From Thraustochytrium aureum (taxonomy: Eukaryota), in NCBI GenBank assembly GCA_012862495.1, contig BLSG01000177.1, positions 2,294 through 50,966 of the forward strand: a DNA stretch of 48,673 nt, read 5' to 3'. Made by a program: the position numbers and the translations under genes. The notes below the pieces were generated by a model. That model was not told where the DNA came from and made no database searches. It saw only the letters and a list, made by a program, of their open reading frames with translations. Numbering within the stretch: position 1 is the first letter of the stretch; each line of letters begins with the position of its first letter. Positions 45,307 to 48,673 of this stretch are shown here, in pieces.

Positions 45307-46148
45307 TCAGCGCACTTGCGGAATCCCGCCCAATGAAGGCGACCGCTTCCGAAAGCGCCCAGCCGGCGGCCCGCTTCGCCGAAGCAGCCCGCTACTACGC
45401 GTCCGCTCGCGTCGGCGGAACGGGAGCGTCGAAGCGAAAGGTGGCGAGAATGACTTGTGAACCCTTCGAGCGTAAAGCGACGCACCAATCATGAGCGAGA
45501 GCGAGAAGAGGAAGCCAAGGCGTGCCAAAGCGTCGACAAGCGGCGAAGCGCTCGCGCTGTCGTCTCCAGAATGCCGCGATAGGGAGCTCGCCATCAGGGC
45601 GAACAGCGTGCCCTGCAGATCGCCCAAAAGCGCCATCCAGAAGAAGGCCGCGAAGCGCACACGAAGGGCCCCCAGAACGTAGTTCTTGCACTGCTCTGGC
45701 AGAAACAGGAAACGCGAGAGCAGCGTCATCTTCCACGGCTCCGAGTGCGTCGCCAAGCGAAGGGTCGCCAGGCGCGGCCACCGCGCTTCAAGGTGGTCAA
45801 CAGAGCCGAACAGGCACGTCTTGCCCACGAAGAAGGACAGGCAGGCGGCCAGGTGCCGGGCCACTGTCGCCGCCGCGAAGGCCTGGAGGAAGGGGAGCAC
45901 AGCCCCAATCAGCGCGATCAAGGACAGAACAGGGAGACCCGGCACCATGGCCAGAAACGAGGTCGCCAGGACAAATTGCGCCTTCGCGCCGAAGCTCGCG
46001 CTCGGCAGCTCCCTCGCCCACGTCTCCAGCGCCGGCCGCAAGACGGGTTCCAGCACCAGCACGGGCGCCAGCACGCCGAGCGCAAGCGACACGACGACGA
46101 CCGCGACCTGCCTCGCCCCGCTCAGCACCTCCCTCGCCGTCCTTCTCG
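45307..46148 (-). CDS. VTT/SNARE-associated (DedA/TVP38/TMEM64-like) membrane protein; 5' end in the gap
   Basis: VPGLP..LIGAVLPFLQAF..LAACLSFFVGK..KMTLLSRFLFLPEQCKNYVLGALRVRFAAFFWMALLG matches the VTT pattern R..P....NY..G...V.F..F. Confidence 0.82.
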
Positions 46149-46757
46149 NNNNNNNNNNNNNNNNNNNNNNNNNNNNNNNNNNNNNNNNNNNNNNNNNNNN
46201 NNNNNNNNNNNNNNNNNNNNNNNNNNNNNNNNNNNNNNNNNNNNNNNNNNNNNNNNNNNNNNNNNNNNNNNNNNNNNNNNNNNNNNNNNNNNNNNNNNNN
46301 NNNNNNNNNNNNNNNNNNNNNNNNNNNNNNNNNNNNNNNNNNNNNNNNNNNNNNNNNNNNNNNNNNNNNNNNNNNNNNNNNNNNNNNNNNNNNNNNNNNN
46401 NNNNNNNNNNNNNNNNNNNNNNNNNNNNNNNNNNNNNNNNNNNNNNNNNNNNNNNNNNNNNNNNNNNNNNNNNNNNNNNNNNNNNNNNNNNNNNNNNNNN
46501 NNNNNNNNNNNNNNNNNNNNNNNNNNNNNNNNNNNNNNNNNNNNNNNNNNNNNNNNNNNNNNNNNNNNNNNNNNNNNNNNNNNNNNNNNNNNNNNNNNNN
46601 NNNNNNNNNNNNNNNNNNNNNNNNNNNNNNNNNNNNNNNNNNNNNNNNNNNNNNNNNNNNNNNNNNNNNNNNNNNNNNNNNNNNNNNNNNNNNNNNNNNN
46701 NNNNNNNNNNNNNNNNNNNNNNNNNNNNNNNNNNNNNNNNNNNNNNNNGCTCTGCCA

Positions 46758-46786
46758 ACCTGCCTGCTGCCTGCCTGCCTGCCTGC
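46758..46786. repeat. (GCCT)n tetranucleotide repeat at a gap edge, upstream of the VTT gene
   Basis: acctgcctgctgcctgcctgcctgcctgc is directly visible. Confidence 0.85.
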
Positions 46787-47596
46787 ATGCATGCCAGTGT
46801 TGGCTTTGATGAATGGGATGCCGAGAGCCCACCGATCATCGGCTGCCGAGGCGGCGCGGGCGTGAACGCGCCTGCTTGCTCGCTCGCGCACGCTTGCCGA
46901 GTTCGTTGCTGCAGGCTACTTGCGCCACCTTCGAGGGCGTCGTAGGAGCTCCGCAGCTCGGGTCGCAGTGTCGCTGCGAGTCGTGCGTTCTGCTTGCCGC
47001 GCTTGGCCGCGAACGATCGGAGACGACGGCCGCGGCGGGCAGCGCCACGGCCCTCACCCGACCGAGTCCTCAGCGTTTCGTTTGGAGATGTGGGAGGCTT
47101 GCGATGTGCGCATCGGCAATAAATAGAGGGTCGTTTGCTCGTTACGCGGCTTCGCGATTGTCTCTGAGCGGTGTTGCACAGCGCGGCGCTTGACCGCGTG
47201 GGCGGACGGACTGCCATGGCTTGATGAGCGGCTCGCCGGCGAGCGCGCTTGATAGTTTGGCGGAGCGCGTGGTTGAGACGGGATGCCGGTGCCTGAGCGG
47301 GCGCTGGTGCCGGGTTTCGTGCCTTGGAAAGTTTTAAAAATGTGCCGCAGCGCGGCGCATGTGCTTCGAGCGTGGACGCTGCCAAAACGCAGGCTGAGAG
47401 AGACGTGCTGCTGCATCCTCGACCTTTCTCCAATCTATTGTTCAAAGTACGAGCGAAATAGGGTCGTTTTGGTCGAATTTCAAGGCAAGAGAATAATCTG
47501 CGCTTGCGCAGACCTGCTCCAGAAGCGCCTGGCGCACAGCGACAGACTGGCAACACAGCGCTAGGCAGGGTCGGAAGCGTCTCGTGCGCCGCAGAC

Positions 47597-48301
47597 ATGG
47601 ACGCGCCGAGGCAGAGCCGCGAAGAGCGCAGGCTGCTTCAGATGTACTCTGGCGTCTGCAACGAACAAGGCAAGCGGGTACCAACGAGGCGCAAAAGCAG
47701 AGCTGGCAAGCAGCCGCACGGACCGAAGCGCCCTAGTCGTCGGAAGCACGTGTGCCACGCAGGCGTAGGGCCCAACGTGGACGTCGAACTGCTCCGGAGC
47801 AAAGCTGCGCGCATCAGCAAGAAGCTAGACCTGACCCCGCACATGGGCAACGTGACCGCGCCGATGCTGGTCAGCGCCGCCGCAGACCAGGTGAGCCAGG
47901 CCGTTGAGGCTAAAGCCAGCGACGGGTCCAGAGTTAGCATCCACAACCCTGACGCCTGCTTGAGCGTGCTTGTTGCAGCAGTGATTCAGAGCCACACTCT
48001 GCTCCACGAGAACCGGGACCGCGAGGCGCGGCAGCGCGACAGCGTTGATTTGTACACATACGCTATTAGTCGCACTATCCAGCTGGCGCTCAAGGAGCGA
48101 GACGCGCTGTTGCGACTTGCGCACAACTGCGAAGACGGGGCCGGCCGCCAACTCTACCAGCAAGCCGCGCACGTCCAGTCCACTCTGGCGCGCGACCTCT
48201 CTCAGCTGCAGGGCCAGGCCTACGCGTGCGGGACCGACCTGTTTGCCAAGTCGGAGCTGCTTCGACGCGAAGTAGCGGGAATAGTTTGCGACTTTACATA
48301 G
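47597..48301 (+). CDS. Hypothetical protein (234 aa) with a basic N-terminus and helical C-terminus
   Basis: gacATGG start, protein-like composition, and an NLS-like KRVPTRRKSR/KRPSRRKH stretch. No family recognised. The cgccgcag just upstream could be a splice acceptor. Confidence 0.6.
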   Translation: MDAPRQSREERRLLQMYSGVCNEQGKRVPTRRKSRAGKQPHGPKRPSRRKHVCHAGVGPNVDVELLRSKAARISKKLDLTPHMGNVTAPMLVSAAADQVSQAVEAKASDGSRVSIHNPDACLSVLVAAVIQSHTLLHENRDREARQRDSVDLYTYAISRTIQLALKERDALLRLAHNCEDGAGRQLYQQAAHVQSTLARDLSQLQGQAYACGTDLFAKSELLRREVAGIVCDFT

Positions 48302-48673
48302 CCAAATGCTTCTTTCGTGAGTACTGTTGGAAACCGTCCCACCCGCGGCCGCCCGCGCTTGTGCGCTGTGCGCTCCGCCCTCGAGGGAGACTCTCTCGAG
48401 CTAGAAGTAGCCGCGATTTGCTGGATTTGGCTTGCGCCTCGGTCGTTGGGCCGCCGCGCCTCGATTCCCGGACACAAGTGAGTCACAGGCGGTTCGAGGA
48501 GGTAGGCAGTCGACCCAGCCCAGCACACCCGTTGTTCGTCAGCCGCCGGCCCTGGCCCCGAGCAATCAAGCTCTCGAGAGGCGCAATTTCAAGACCGGTG
48601 ACGTCATACACGACCGCTCACCGCGACCAAAGCAATCCCAGGCCTTCCGCTCTCACCCCGTCGCAAGCAAACT

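Noticed and set aside
48599..48606. TGACGTCA CRE-like palindrome
   Set aside because: A single 8-mer is near chance expectation in 48 kb, and the downstream gene is outside the window.

Overview
This is GC-rich, gene-dense eukaryotic nuclear DNA from a draft assembly with 11 N-gaps. It has GT-AG introns with a GCTRAC branch point and an axonemal-type dynein, so it comes from a flagellated protist; a stramenopile or thraustochytrid-like origin is only an inference. About 15 genes are supported: a partial coiled-coil gene, a small SAP-like protein, a Cys-rich secreted/GPI-type surface protein, an ~18 kb highly divergent dynein heavy chain broken by homopolymer frameshifts, HIBCH, a PX-domain C-terminus missing from the ORF track, an LRR protein, a multipass membrane protein, a TM-F-box protein, a 7-exon SPCS3, a nitroreductase, a DEP-C2-GRAM-like-PRT_C protein, an NADPH oxidase, a VTT/DedA protein and a hypothetical protein. 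The top finding is that the NADPH oxidase carries an in-frame N-terminal p22phox (CYBA)-like membrane domain, making a putative natural single-chain flavocytochrome b558. Second, the dynein has degenerate catalytic motifs in AAA1, AAA3 and AAA4 and may be a pseudo-motor. No RNA genes, mobile elements or CRISPR arrays could be supported. All homology calls come from motifs recognised by eye and reference sequences recalled from memory; no searches were run.
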